Source: a virus
IMG/VR virus record: IMGVR_UViG_3300029339_000293
Length of the DNA stretch: 64,000 bases
Strand: one strand, 5' to 3'
Below, in pieces: positions 37,596 to 46,689 of this stretch. The notes beneath the pieces were generated by a model. That model made no database searches, was not told where the DNA came from, and was given only the letters and a program-made list of their open reading frames with translations. Each line of letters starts with the position of its first letter. Positions within the stretch are counted from its first letter, which is position 1. Position numbers and translations under genes: made by a program.

Positions 37596-38429
37596 CAATT
37601 GTACTTTTCGCATTGCCCCACTGGTATTCAGGAAGAGTCTTGCAAGAAGCTGTGCATATTCCTTTTTTAATATGCCGTAGAATGGAATGGAGTACTCATC
37701 GAAAACAGTCATTACTGGTTTCCCAGCCTTAGAACTTTTTCGGATGTAGTGCTCTCCTGTCCACGGAACGGATAAGGGCTTGGAATTTTCTTTCAGCAGC
37801 TTCGTTCTTAAATTCAGAGCCGCAGCGTCTGACGCATATGTTATTTTTTTGCTGTACCCCAAATCGCAGCCGTCCACTGTCTCCTCATCTTCAGCCGCAA
37901 CTTTTTTTCTTGAAACTTTTAATTCCTTAGCGTGAATATGAGCGTATTCGTCATAGCAGGAATAATCAGACTCGGAAAAACTTGTTGTGACTTTGTATCC
38001 ATTTTTCTGCATTTCTTTCTTGATTTCATCAGGAATACAATTCAGAAACTCCTGAACAAATTCAGTAAGAGTGAGTTCTTCTCTGTGAGAAACTTCTCTA
38101 AGCGGTTTGAATGCCTCATCTCTTTCAGCCTCTAGTTTGGAGACATCTTCTTTTTGTGCTTTAGGACGCAAAGAAAGAAATTTCTTCTGTGCAACATATG
38201 CTGCTTTCAGTGCATTTCTGACGTCTTCCGGAACCTCAGATTCATCAATATAAACCACATTCTTATCTCCGGCTTGTCTGCCAGCAGTATTAAACTCTCC
38301 TGTTGTTACGTACTTATTGATAATTTTCCCTGCCGGCACCTGACCGTTAATTTTCGGAAGTTCTTCCTGCTTGATTTCAATCCCGTATTCGTCTACCTCG
38401 TAATCATCTTTTAAAATTACAAACTGCAT
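37548..38429 (-). CDS. Hypothetical protein, member of a 3-paralog family (with 38805..39527 and 42228..42971) sharing a C-terminal KEYA[KQ] motif
   Basis: Start MQFVILKDDYEV with RBS AAAGGGGAA; C-terminal ..LKKEYAQLLARLF. Confidence 0.5.
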   Translation of the reverse strand: MQFVILKDDYEVDEYGIEIKQEELPKINGQVPAGKIINKYVTTGEFNTAGRQAGDKNVVYIDESEVPEDVRNALKAAYVAQKKFLSLRPKAQKEDVSKLEAERDEAFKPLREVSHREELTLTEFVQEFLNCIPDEIKKEMQKNGYKVTTSFSESDYSCYDEYAHIHAKELKVSRKKVAAEDEETVDGCDLGYSKKITYASDAAALNLRTKLLKENSKPLSVPWTGEHYIRKSSKAGKPVMTVFDEYSIPFYGILKKEYAQLLARLFLNTSGAMRKVQLSYAKKKLHKKTYSIQ

Positions 38430-38529
38430 ATTTAATTCCCCTTTCTTCGTATACAAAATTTATATTTACAGTTGCAATATGCCGGATTCTTCCACACACG
38501 AAAAAACCGGCCGCATTTCTGCAGCCGGC

Positions 38530-38800
38530 AAATAAGGCGTTATCGATGGACGGAAAACCCAGTCCACGCAGCATCGCAGACTACGTCTGCTTCGCTCGTC
38601 CAAGACTGGTGAGACCTCAGGCGTATGCCTTCGTTCTCAAGCTAAGCTGATAACTCAGAGCAAAGCTCTTCGTTACCAGATTCGCTTACGCTCAATTCCA
38701 GCTCGGACTTCGTCCTCGCTGTCAGGTGAAAACTCACTGGAATCTGGTACCGAATCCGGCAAGGACGGTGAGGTATCAATGAAGGTGAACGTCAGTTCAC
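38530..38800. repeat. GC-rich non-coding element, copy A of a 3-member repeat family (with 60860-60990 and 62875-63010)
   Basis: Contains CTCAGGCGTATGCCTTCGTTCTCAAGC and GCTCTTCGTTACCAGATTCG. It shares the CGTTACCAGA core with copies B and C and with the IS left ends (CGTTACCAGAGCAAGCAT). Confidence 0.5.
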
Positions 38801-38804
38801 CGAA

Positions 38805-39527
38805 TCATTTTGCAAATTTCTTTGCAAGGTCTTTTGCGTATTCTTTTGTCATGTCGTCTTCAATAGCAATCTCATACACCCCGGAATACCAGGTTGAGAA
38901 CTTATCTCCTGTCCACATGTAACTGTTAATAGGCATAGATACCGGGAGCAGTTTTTCGTTCTTTTTGATGTCTTTTTTGTATGCTTCCATCTCTTTCGCT
39001 TCGTCACAGAGATACCAGCTTCCGTCATATTCCTCATAGCAGTATGGAATTTTCTTGTTATATTTGTAGAGTTCCACATTGCGAATGATGTAGATATGAT
39101 TGTCATTATATCCAAAAGCATACGGAGTATCACCGACAGAATATCCATACTGTTTCATTGAATCTTTAACTCTGTCAGGTAGTGCTTCGTAGAAAGCATC
39201 AACAAACTCATCTCTGCTGATTACACCTTTTGCATCACGCAGTTCTTTCATTATCGCGCATTCATCTTTCTCAAGTTCATTCAGCTGCTGCTTGATTTCT
39301 TTAAGGAATTTAGCGCGTTTGTCCTCTACTTTCTTTCTTGCTGCATGGTTTTTTGCAAGGTGTTCAAATGCCGTCCGGAGAGCCGGAGGTACATTTCTGG
39401 TGTTTTTGCAGTTCTCCGGAGACGGGGATAAATGCTTTACGCCAATCTCGTCGATATACAGATTATCCTCCACCTGTACCGCATATACAGTTTTTTCATA
39501 CACATTTAATTTGACTATCTTTGCCAT
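38805..39527 (-). CDS. Hypothetical protein, KEYAK-family paralog
   Basis: Start MAKIVKLNV with RBS AAAGGAAAAA; C-terminal ..DDMTKEYAKDLAKKFAK. Confidence 0.5.
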   Translation of the reverse strand: MAKIVKLNVYEKTVYAVQVEDNLYIDEIGVKHLSPSPENCKNTRNVPPALRTAFEHLAKNHAARKKVEDKRAKFLKEIKQQLNELEKDECAIMKELRDAKGVISRDEFVDAFYEALPDRVKDSMKQYGYSVGDTPYAFGYNDNHIYIIRNVELYKYNKKIPYCYEEYDGSWYLCDEAKEMEAYKKDIKKNEKLLPVSMPINSYMWTGDKFSTWYSGVYEIAIEDDMTKEYAKDLAKKFAK

Positions 39528-39634
39528 AATTATTTTTCCTTTCTTTTTAGCATTTTTTATTTTTTGCAATATTAATATGCTTAAATTTTTGCAAAAAAAA
39601 ATGCGCTATGAAATAGCGCATTTTGTATGATATA

Positions 39635-40492
39635 CTATCTTCTTCGCAGATTATTCACCGTCATATCAGGATTCAGTAATTCCCTCTTCGGAACATTATC
39701 TCTGCTTCTGATGATGAGTCTACCGCGTGACCGTGAGATGTCTTCCAGTACATCGCAATCAGATAATGATTCGCATTCTGAAATAATGCACAGCTGGATT
39801 CTCGCTTTTTCGCTATAATAATCTCCACCGGCATCAAAACTGTAAGTCCGTCCAATTCCATTTGAAAAAATCGGAATAGTCCTGTTAACCTGAAATGTTC
39901 CATCCTTTTTTATAGGAATTAAATCAAAGATATTTGGAATCATTTCTTTTTTGATGATTTTTTCTGCAATGTCTATCATCTGATTGATTCTCTTACAGTA
40001 TTCGATGCCTGAAATTTTTGTTGTTGGGACACGGTCATCCTGATACTGCTTTTCAATTCTTTTGGCGACATCACGCCAGCAGGAAATATTAAATTCATCA
40101 AGATAGATTGATGTAATGCCATTTGTAATCTCAGGATAATCGTAATCCCTTAAAAATGTTCTGATGCAAAAATTTGAGCACCAGAACAATGAGTCGTCAA
40201 ATTCACCATTCTCATCGTTAAAACAGTCACATTTAATATGAAGCAATATCAATGCTTCATCCTCATTACGCCATGTACAATATGCTTTAACAAAAACACC
40301 GTTACAGTCTTTAATTTCTGTATAATCTAACAAGAGCTCCTTATTGCTGACCGTAATTACCAGAAGCCATGGTTCTTTGTAGTTCCTAAAGAATTCAAGC
40401 AATGCCTCTTCTGTATCTGTTTTTTCAACTACTTTAACTCTTCCTGCGGCAATACATTCTGCTTTTTTGTTTTCCATTTCTTTTTTTGTCAT
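39635..40492 (-). CDS. Hypothetical protein, tandem paralog of 40600..41751
   Basis: Start MTKKEMENKK with RBS AAAGGAAT. Shared blocks IAAGRVKVVEKTDTEEALLEFFRNYKEPWLL and CSNFCIRTFLRDYDYPEITNGITSIYLDEFNISCWRDVAKRIEKQY. Confidence 0.5.
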   Translation of the reverse strand: MTKKEMENKKAECIAAGRVKVVEKTDTEEALLEFFRNYKEPWLLVITVSNKELLLDYTEIKDCNGVFVKAYCTWRNEDEALILLHIKCDCFNDENGEFDDSLFWCSNFCIRTFLRDYDYPEITNGITSIYLDEFNISCWRDVAKRIEKQYQDDRVPTTKISGIEYCKRINQMIDIAEKIIKKEMIPNIFDLIPIKKDGTFQVNRTIPIFSNGIGRTYSFDAGGDYYSEKARIQLCIISECESLSDCDVLEDISRSRGRLIIRSRDNVPKRELLNPDMTVNNLRRR

Positions 40493-40599
40493 ATTTTTAT
40501 TCCTTTCTTTGTATATATTTGGCTGTTGTTTCATTGATAATATGATGAATTTGCAGTTTATACAAAAACAGTCGGGAAACAATCCCGGCTGCATATGAC

Positions 40600-41751
40600 T
40601 TAATCAAATATTTTTTTTACCTCTTTTACAAATTTTCTCGCGTTGTCTCTGCGTGAAAATGTAAATTTGTCAGCATCTGGAAGAAGCACATTCACATTAA
40701 AATCATTGAGAGATGAGACTCCATTGTCCTTTGCTTTATCAATTAAAGGCTGAATCTTCTTTGTATACCTGATGTAAACATAGTGGCCGGATTTGGAATG
40801 TTTAAAATCGTAACCTATACGTCCGAGATATAAATACTCCGTTCCTGATTTTTCTGCATAAACACTTCCAGGTTTAACATCTGTATCTTTAAGATTTTTT
40901 GCCCTTGAAACAATATCATTCACTGACATATCCGCATTCAGAAGACACTTTTTAACAAGGCCATTTCGTTCTCTGATTACAAGTTTTGCCCTGGTCTTAG
41001 AACAGAATTCCATTTGGTCATAGTCAGCCGGTTCATGCCCAAATTCTGACTGTTCTGCAAAAATGCATAATTGAACGCCGCAAGCATCAATATATGAATT
41101 GCTGTTTGCACCAATATAAGTATCTACATAGCCAATACCATTAGAGAATACAGGAATGGTTCTATCTGCCTGAAATGTCCCGTCTTTTTTCAATGGAATC
41201 TGATTGAATATATCTGGCGCAACCGCGCCATCCATAATACTATAAGCAACATCAATCATTTTTTCTACTTTCTGTTTGTACTGAATGCCAGTCAAGTTTG
41301 ACTCAGGTATAATGTTATTTCCGTAATGTTCAGCTACCTTTTCTGCCGCATCTTTCCAGCACTGGATATTGAATTCATCCAGATAAACAGAAACCTTTCC
41401 ATTTGTTATCTCAGGATATCTCTTTTTGCGTAAGAATGCAGATACCGCATTATCAGTACACCACCAGTATGGGCCATCGTATTCACTGTTGCTTTCATAG
41501 CAAAAATACGTTAAAAATTCGCCATCTTCAGGATGAAGAATAGCAACCTCTCCAGGTTTTTGATATGCCGGGTTAAAAGCAAAATCCAACAGCCACTCAT
41601 CCCCAGTCATTCTTTGCAGTAAAAGGTACTTTTCTTTGTATTCAGCAAAGAATTTCACTAAAGATTCCATGGTGTCATCTTCTGTAATTGTCTTAATTCT
41701 TCCATTTTTAACGCAATCGTCTTTGATTTCAAAATACTCTTCTCGTGTCAT
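40600..41751 (-). CDS. Hypothetical protein (383 aa), tandem paralog of 39635..40492
   Basis: RBS AAAGGAAAAG. Blocks VKNGRIKTITEDDTMESLVKFFAEYKEKYLL and CTDNAVSAFLRKKRYPEITNGKVSVYLDEFNIQCWKDAAEKVAEHY. Confidence 0.5.
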   Translation of the reverse strand: MTREEYFEIKDDCVKNGRIKTITEDDTMESLVKFFAEYKEKYLLLQRMTGDEWLLDFAFNPAYQKPGEVAILHPEDGEFLTYFCYESNSEYDGPYWWCTDNAVSAFLRKKRYPEITNGKVSVYLDEFNIQCWKDAAEKVAEHYGNNIIPESNLTGIQYKQKVEKMIDVAYSIMDGAVAPDIFNQIPLKKDGTFQADRTIPVFSNGIGYVDTYIGANSNSYIDACGVQLCIFAEQSEFGHEPADYDQMEFCSKTRAKLVIRERNGLVKKCLLNADMSVNDIVSRAKNLKDTDVKPGSVYAEKSGTEYLYLGRIGYDFKHSKSGHYVYIRYTKKIQPLIDKAKDNGVSSLNDFNVNVLLPDADKFTFSRRDNARKFVKEVKKIFD

Positions 41752-41835
41752 AGTTTTCTTTTCCTTTCTTTTTTGGTGTTTTGTTTTTACATTTTTAATA
41801 TGCTGGATTTTGCATCATGCAAAAAAAAGAGACGG

Positions 41836-42132
41836 CTAAGTCGTCTCTTTGTGGCTTACTGCAACAATATCTGCTCGCCCTGCGAGTTTTTCAATGCAAT
41901 ATTCGGCAACGTGCACGTATACGAGCCGCTGCTTTTGTTTGGTCGTTTTTGTCATTGTATATATTTTATCGAGAGAATCGTATATTTCCTCTGGATTAAC
42001 GGTGACACCATCCACGTATTTTTTTACCTCTTCTTTTTCCATCTTGTATTTTTCTGTAAGATGCTTAACAACTGCTTCTGCAGCCTCGTTGTTAGATTTG
42101 ACAAAACCTTCCAGTTGGATATATGTTTGCAT
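41836..42132 (-). CDS. Small hypothetical protein (98 aa)
   Basis: RBS AAGGGAGA; the terminator hairpin AGAGACGGCTAAGTCGTCTCT overlaps the last codons. Confidence 0.4.
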   Translation of the reverse strand: MQTYIQLEGFVKSNNEAAEAVVKHLTEKYKMEKEEVKKYVDGVTVNPEEIYDSLDKIYTMTKTTKQKQRLVYVHVAEYCIEKLAGRADIVAVSHKETT

Positions 42133-42227
42133 TTTGTGTCTCCCTTCTTTGTTCTGTTTTGTTGTAATATGCCGGAATTTCGCCTACAACAAAAAAAATC
42201 CGGCTGTATTCCTACAGCCGGCAAGCA

Positions 42228-42971
42228 TTATTTTTCGTACACAAATCCATCAGTTAACTTTGCGACAATTTCTTTCGCATATTCTTTTGTCAGTTTCTTT
42301 TCCAGATTGATTTTGTATGCTGAAACACACTGCAAACCCTCTTCCTTGTCATAATACAACTTAGAGATATACTCCGCCTTAATTGGCAGGGTTTTTGCAT
42401 ATGCTGAAATTATACGCTGGTATTTCAGATATTCAGCAGCATTTTTGTACATCTCCCAGTCTCCGTATTCTTCATACATGAACGGCAGAGACTCCAGGCC
42501 GCCCTTTCTGAGACTTACATCACGGATATTTAAGATATACATGACATTTTCATCCACTCCCTCATCAGGAAGCGTCGTGCAGCACCAGAATTCTTTATCG
42601 ACCATCTCATCGAACAATCCTTCCGGAAGCATGTTTCCGACCGCTTCAGCAAAATCAGCAATAGACATTCTTCCCTGCAGATTTCTGATGACAGATTCTG
42701 CTTTTTTGATTTCCCTTTTGGAGGCTGTGATTTTCAAATCAATTGCACGCTTCTGTTCTTCCAACTTGGCAATGCCATCATACAATGATGACATATACTC
42801 AAAAGTATGCTTTTCTTCCTCGGAGATATCATCCGCATCAGAGATAAAATCAGCGTCAATGTTTTTGTATGTCACACCGTCTGCATCAACATATTCATCT
42901 TTCCCAATCTCTACTGCTGCAACCGACTTTGCATTTGTTAACTGAACGTTTACGATTCTTTTATCACTCAT
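42228..42971 (-). CDS. Hypothetical protein, KEYAK-family paralog
   Basis: Start MSDKRIVNV with RBS AAAGGAAAAC; C-terminal ..LTKEYAKEIVAKLTDGF. Confidence 0.5.
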   Translation of the reverse strand: MSDKRIVNVQLTNAKSVAAVEIGKDEYVDADGVTYKNIDADFISDADDISEEEKHTFEYMSSLYDGIAKLEEQKRAIDLKITASKREIKKAESVIRNLQGRMSIADFAEAVGNMLPEGLFDEMVDKEFWCCTTLPDEGVDENVMYILNIRDVSLRKGGLESLPFMYEEYGDWEMYKNAAEYLKYQRIISAYAKTLPIKAEYISKLYYDKEEGLQCVSAYKINLEKKLTKEYAKEIVAKLTDGFVYEK

Positions 42972-43192
42972 TTTTTGTTTTCCTTTCTTGTTTTGACTTT
43001 TTTTGTTACATCTACAATATGCCGGATTTTTGCCGGCAAAAAAACGCAGAAACAAAATCAGCCAGATAGCAAACAATCGCATTTTTCAGAACATATATTC
43101 TATATACTGGAATTTTTACAAAAATTTGGCTTAAAACATATACAAGGCGGCAAAAATGTAATATACTTCTTAACAAAAAGGAGGATTTAATA

Positions 43193-43444
43193 ATGCCGAA
43201 AATTAAAGTAATTCGTCCTACAGAAGAAATTGAAAAAGAGTTAACAGAACTTGAAGAAAACATTCAGGCAGCAGCCGCATCTATCAAGGAGATGAAAACA
43301 ACCAGAAGAACGTTAAGAAAGCAGCTTGAGCTTGCACAGGCAAAAGAGGCAGAGGAAAGACAGGCTGAGGAAATTAAAGAACTTACAGAGCTGATGAAAG
43401 AAAAAGGCGTAACAGTGGAATATCTGAAGAGTCTTATGCAATGA
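43193..43444 (+). CDS. Small coiled-coil protein (83 aa)
   Basis: RBS AAAGGAGGA; a bidirectional terminator GAGCTGCGGCGCTTTGCGCCGCAGCTC follows at 43455-43480. Confidence 0.5.
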   Translation: MPKIKVIRPTEEIEKELTELEENIQAAAASIKEMKTTRRTLRKQLELAQAKEAEERQAEEIKELTELMKEKGVTVEYLKSLMQ

Positions 43445-43509
43445 CAATAGTAAGAGCTGCGGCGCTTTGCGCCGCAGCTCTCTTTTTTCTTTCTTTTTTT
43501 CTCTTTTTT

Positions 43510-44427
43510 TTATTTTCCTGAATTTTCAGAATTTTCTGAACCAGTCGCATCTGCATCTTCTTCGTCACCATCCAGACTTACAATCGCATTGCTGTCCGTG
43601 ACTTTCGGGAGCTTTCCGTCCCATTTTTCAATCTTCTGATAATCAATCAACGCATCAGAAATGCTGTCTGCCAGCTCCTTATTTGCATTAGCCTGTGCTT
43701 CAGCTTCAATTCTCATTTTTTCAGCTTTTGCTTCGGCTTTTTTAATTTCTACAGTCTTATCCGCCTCGGCCTTTTTAATCGCCGTTTTGTTCTCAATCTC
43801 CTGCCTTGCAGCAGTCTGCTGAGCGATAGATTTCTGCTGGATTGCCGCATTGTATTCGTCTTCAAAGTCCATGTTCTCAATGATGACCTGATACAGTGTT
43901 ATCGCATCTTTTCCGTATTTAGTATTAAGCACTTCCTCCAGTTTCTTCTGCGTCAGAGGTTCAATCTTTCCTCGGTTAGTCACATCTTCAGGCGCTAACT
44001 CGGCCATCGCTGCTTTCATTGCAGAAGCAACCATGCTTCCCTTAATCAGATTGTCCGTATCGGTTACATTTGCACACAGCCACGCAGATTTTTCAGGCGA
44101 AATACTGTATGTTACGGTGACATTCTCACCATACACCGGCGTCTTGTCTGAAGTTTCGCCCCAGATTTTCCCCTCACATCTTCTGTCCTGCTGTTTATTA
44201 CTGATTGTCTGAATATGCTGAACAAACGGTACAGAAATATGAATCCCTGTTGTTAATTCTTTTTCTGATATTTTTCCAAATGTTGATTTTACCCCGGTAT
44301 ATCCGGTCGGGATTACACTAACGCTATTAGCCCCGATTCCAATAACGCATACCGAAACAACTGCGTATTTCGCATATTTCCACATGGCGCTTTCGGTTCC
44401 CTTTTCTCTTTTTTTTCCAAATTTCAC
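43510..44427 (-). CDS. SPFH/band-7 (prohibitin/flotillin/HflKC-like) membrane protein
   Basis: N-terminal TM helix, then an SPFH-like core and a coiled-coil Ala/Glu-rich stretch (AARQEIENKTAIKKAEADKTVEIKKAEAKAEKMRIEAEAQANA). Start overlaps the stop of the upstream gene (GTGA). Confidence 0.7.
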   Translation of the reverse strand: MKFGKKREKGTESAMWKYAKYAVVSVCVIGIGANSVSVIPTGYTGVKSTFGKISEKELTTGIHISVPFVQHIQTISNKQQDRRCEGKIWGETSDKTPVYGENVTVTYSISPEKSAWLCANVTDTDNLIKGSMVASAMKAAMAELAPEDVTNRGKIEPLTQKKLEEVLNTKYGKDAITLYQVIIENMDFEDEYNAAIQQKSIAQQTAARQEIENKTAIKKAEADKTVEIKKAEAKAEKMRIEAEAQANANKELADSISDALIDYQKIEKWDGKLPKVTDSNAIVSLDGDEEDADATGSENSENSGK

Positions 44428-44927
44428 TTTTCGTCAACCTCCCCAAACCCTGTCGCATTATATTTATTTTTAAGCACTTCTTTTGCTTCTTCTTTCTCAT
44501 TTACAAAACAGTCCCAAATATTCTTTGCACACTCGGCATCCTGTCCAGCCCGGTCAAGTAAATCCCACAGACCTTCAAATGTGATTGAGAATTCCACATT
44601 TCCGCTTACCGGATAATATACCTCAAGTGTTACCGGCAGCAAATGGTCATTACTGATTCCGACGTTATACCCTTTTTCTTCACGCAGTTCAACACCGAGG
44701 GCTTCACATGCAATATCTTTCGGGTTCTGTAACATTACGTTCATCACTTTCCCGACAGGAGTTTTATCATCGTCAAAATCCATCTTTAGGCCAATCCCTT
44801 CAAATGTATCAAGCATTGTATTTACCTGCTTAATCATACCGATTGCCTTAACATAGATATTCTGGCGATGCCGTATTTCGTTTTCCTTAACATCTTCTTT
44901 TTTAGGAATCCTTGCTTTTTCTTCCAT
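44424..44927 (-). CDS. Hypothetical protein (167 aa) translationally coupled to the SPFH gene
   Basis: RBS AAAGGAGAAAAAAAG; no motif recognised. Confidence 0.5.
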   Translation of the reverse strand: MEEKARIPKKEDVKENEIRHRQNIYVKAIGMIKQVNTMLDTFEGIGLKMDFDDDKTPVGKVMNVMLQNPKDIACEALGVELREEKGYNVGISNDHLLPVTLEVYYPVSGNVEFSITFEGLWDLLDRAGQDAECAKNIWDCFVNEKEEAKEVLKNKYNATGFGEVDEK

Positions 44928-45108
44928 CTTTTTTTCTCCTTTTTTAGTCTTTCCGGTGCACCTGCATCGTTTTTAAGTCGAACAACTGAAGCACGTACTT
45001 TCCCTCTTTTCTTTTTTCTTCACATACAATATGTAGAATTTTTGATAGAAAAAAAATTTTTTACTGCTTTTTATTTTCCATTTACTTTTCCTCCTTTTTT
45101 TATACTTA

Positions 45109-45165
45109 CAATATGCTGAAAATTTTAGATACTGTTAACTTTTTACAAAAATTCAGCATATTAAG
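45109..45165. promoter_or_regulatory. Divergent pair of promoter-like motifs (CAATATGCTGAAAATTTT for the minus-strand operon; AAAAATTCAGCATATTAAG for the plus-strand operon)
   Basis: Two inverted copies 20 nt apart, between divergent genes 44424..44927 and 45197..45706. Confidence 0.5.
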
Positions 45166-45196
45166 TTTAAGAAAATTTTTAGGAGGTGTAGTAATC

Positions 45197-45706
45197 ATGT
45201 ATCAGGTTATAAAGACAACAGATTCACCAGAAATATTACTGCTTTTTATATGCGGATATCTTTTGCTTGGCATTGTGTTTCTTATTATTGGTGTTTGCAT
45301 TGGACATCATTACCGGAAACAAAAAAGAAAAGACCTTGTTACAGTACCGGCAAAGGTTATAAGAGTTGAAATGAACGCAGTAAGTACATCTCAAAACGGA
45401 GACTATAACACTGTTCAATCCATGTCTTATTTCCCTGTTTTCAGATACGATTATGCCGGACGCATCCAGGAAGTGGAGAGTAGTTTCGGTCAGACAGCAG
45501 ATGTATACCATGCAGGGCAAGATGTTGAGATTTACATTGACCGTGAAACCGGAAAATTTTGCGGATGCCCGGTTGATGATAAGGCAAAAAAAGCTGTTTC
45601 TGCGATATTTACTACTATTGGATGTATCATGTTGTCATTAGTAATTATTTTAGGTCTTGTCTATATTAACGAGAACAATATCTCAATCAATTTTTTAACT
45701 ATATAA
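45197..45706 (+). CDS. DUF3592-like membrane protein (sixth paralog, divergent)
   Basis: RBS AGGAGGTG; TM helix, core VPAKVIRVEMNAV...SYFPVFRYDYAGRIQEVESSFGQ..YHAGQDVEIYIDRETGK, second TM helix. Confidence 0.5.
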   Translation: MYQVIKTTDSPEILLLFICGYLLLGIVFLIIGVCIGHHYRKQKRKDLVTVPAKVIRVEMNAVSTSQNGDYNTVQSMSYFPVFRYDYAGRIQEVESSFGQTADVYHAGQDVEIYIDRETGKFCGCPVDDKAKKAVSAIFTTIGCIMLSLVIILGLVYINENNISINFLTI

Positions 45707-45724
45707 ATTAAAAGGAGAAAAAAT

Positions 45725-45988
45725 ATGGAAAACTACCAGATTAGAAAAAAAATCCACCCAAAACAGCGTGTCGCTGTTCTTTTAAAAGAAGACTACGAAA
45801 ACGGAAATCTTACATATGGAATCGTAGATGAAATTTTAACAAAAACAGAAACCCATTACAGGGGAATTAAAGTGAAAATCAAGCCAGAAAATGAGACAGA
45901 AGAAGAAAAAGAAATCCGAAAAGAAAATCCAGATTACCGCCTTATTGGCAGGGTAAAAGCAATTCTGCCAAAACAGAAAGCGAAGTGA
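45725..45988 (+). CDS. YwbE-like (DUF2196) small protein
   Basis: QRVAVLLKEDYENGNLTYGIVDEILTKTETHYRGIKVKI...LIGRVKAI parallels the YwbE pattern G..V.IVLK.DQRTGKLT.GIV..ILT.S..HPHGIKVRL..G..GRV; RBS AAAGGAGAAAAAAT. Confidence 0.45.
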   Translation: MENYQIRKKIHPKQRVAVLLKEDYENGNLTYGIVDEILTKTETHYRGIKVKIKPENETEEEKEIRKENPDYRLIGRVKAILPKQKAK

Positions 45989-46653
45989 TGACCTGGATGG
46001 CTGAAGGATATATTTATGTAATGACAAACCCATGTCTACATGACATGGTCAAAATCGGCTATGCCTCCGATGTGGAGGCCCGCCGAAAACAGTTAAGCAC
46101 AACTGCCCTGCCTTTCGAGTATGAAATATATGCAACATATGAGACATCAGGACAACTGGAGGATAAGAAGCTGCACGAATTAATCGACACCCTGAACCCA
46201 AAACTGCGTCTCGCTAAAAACCGGGAATTTTTCGCAATGTCAGCAGAAAAGGCTTATCAATTGCTTGAGGCCATCGCCATCATATCAGGCAGTGCTGACA
46301 AATTAAAACGTGTGGTTCCGATGCAAGGCGAAGGCACAGTAAGCAGCACAAGAAAACAGCCTCACTGCCAAGGCAGCAGCGGACGAAAAAGACCGGCAAT
46401 TAATTTTAAAAAATGCGGTATACCAGTTGGTGTCGAACTTGTGTTTATTGATGACGATTCCGTTAGAGTGGCTGTTGTGGACGCGGAAAAGAATAAAGTT
46501 AAGTACAATGGCGAAACCACTTCCCTCTCGCCGCTTGCTGAAAAACTCCGCAACGTATCGGCAATTCAGGGAGCATCAGTCTTCACATACAACGGGAAAA
46601 AGATTACGGACATTGCAGAAGAAACGCAATGGAGCCAATCCGATAAGTTTTGA
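45988..46653 (+). CDS. T5orf172/GIY-YIG-like domain protein with a C-terminal extension
   Basis: N-terminus GYIYVMTNPCLHDMVKIGYASDVEARRKQLSTTALPFEYEIY matches the T5orf172 (MUG113) signature; the ATG overlaps the upstream stop (ATGA). Confidence 0.5.
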   Translation: MTWMAEGYIYVMTNPCLHDMVKIGYASDVEARRKQLSTTALPFEYEIYATYETSGQLEDKKLHELIDTLNPKLRLAKNREFFAMSAEKAYQLLEAIAIISGSADKLKRVVPMQGEGTVSSTRKQPHCQGSSGRKRPAINFKKCGIPVGVELVFIDDDSVRVAVVDAEKNKVKYNGETTSLSPLAEKLRNVSAIQGASVFTYNGKKITDIAEETQWSQSDKF

Positions 46654-46689
46654 ATTTTAAAAAAATTCTTTTTTATTTTTATTTTGTAT

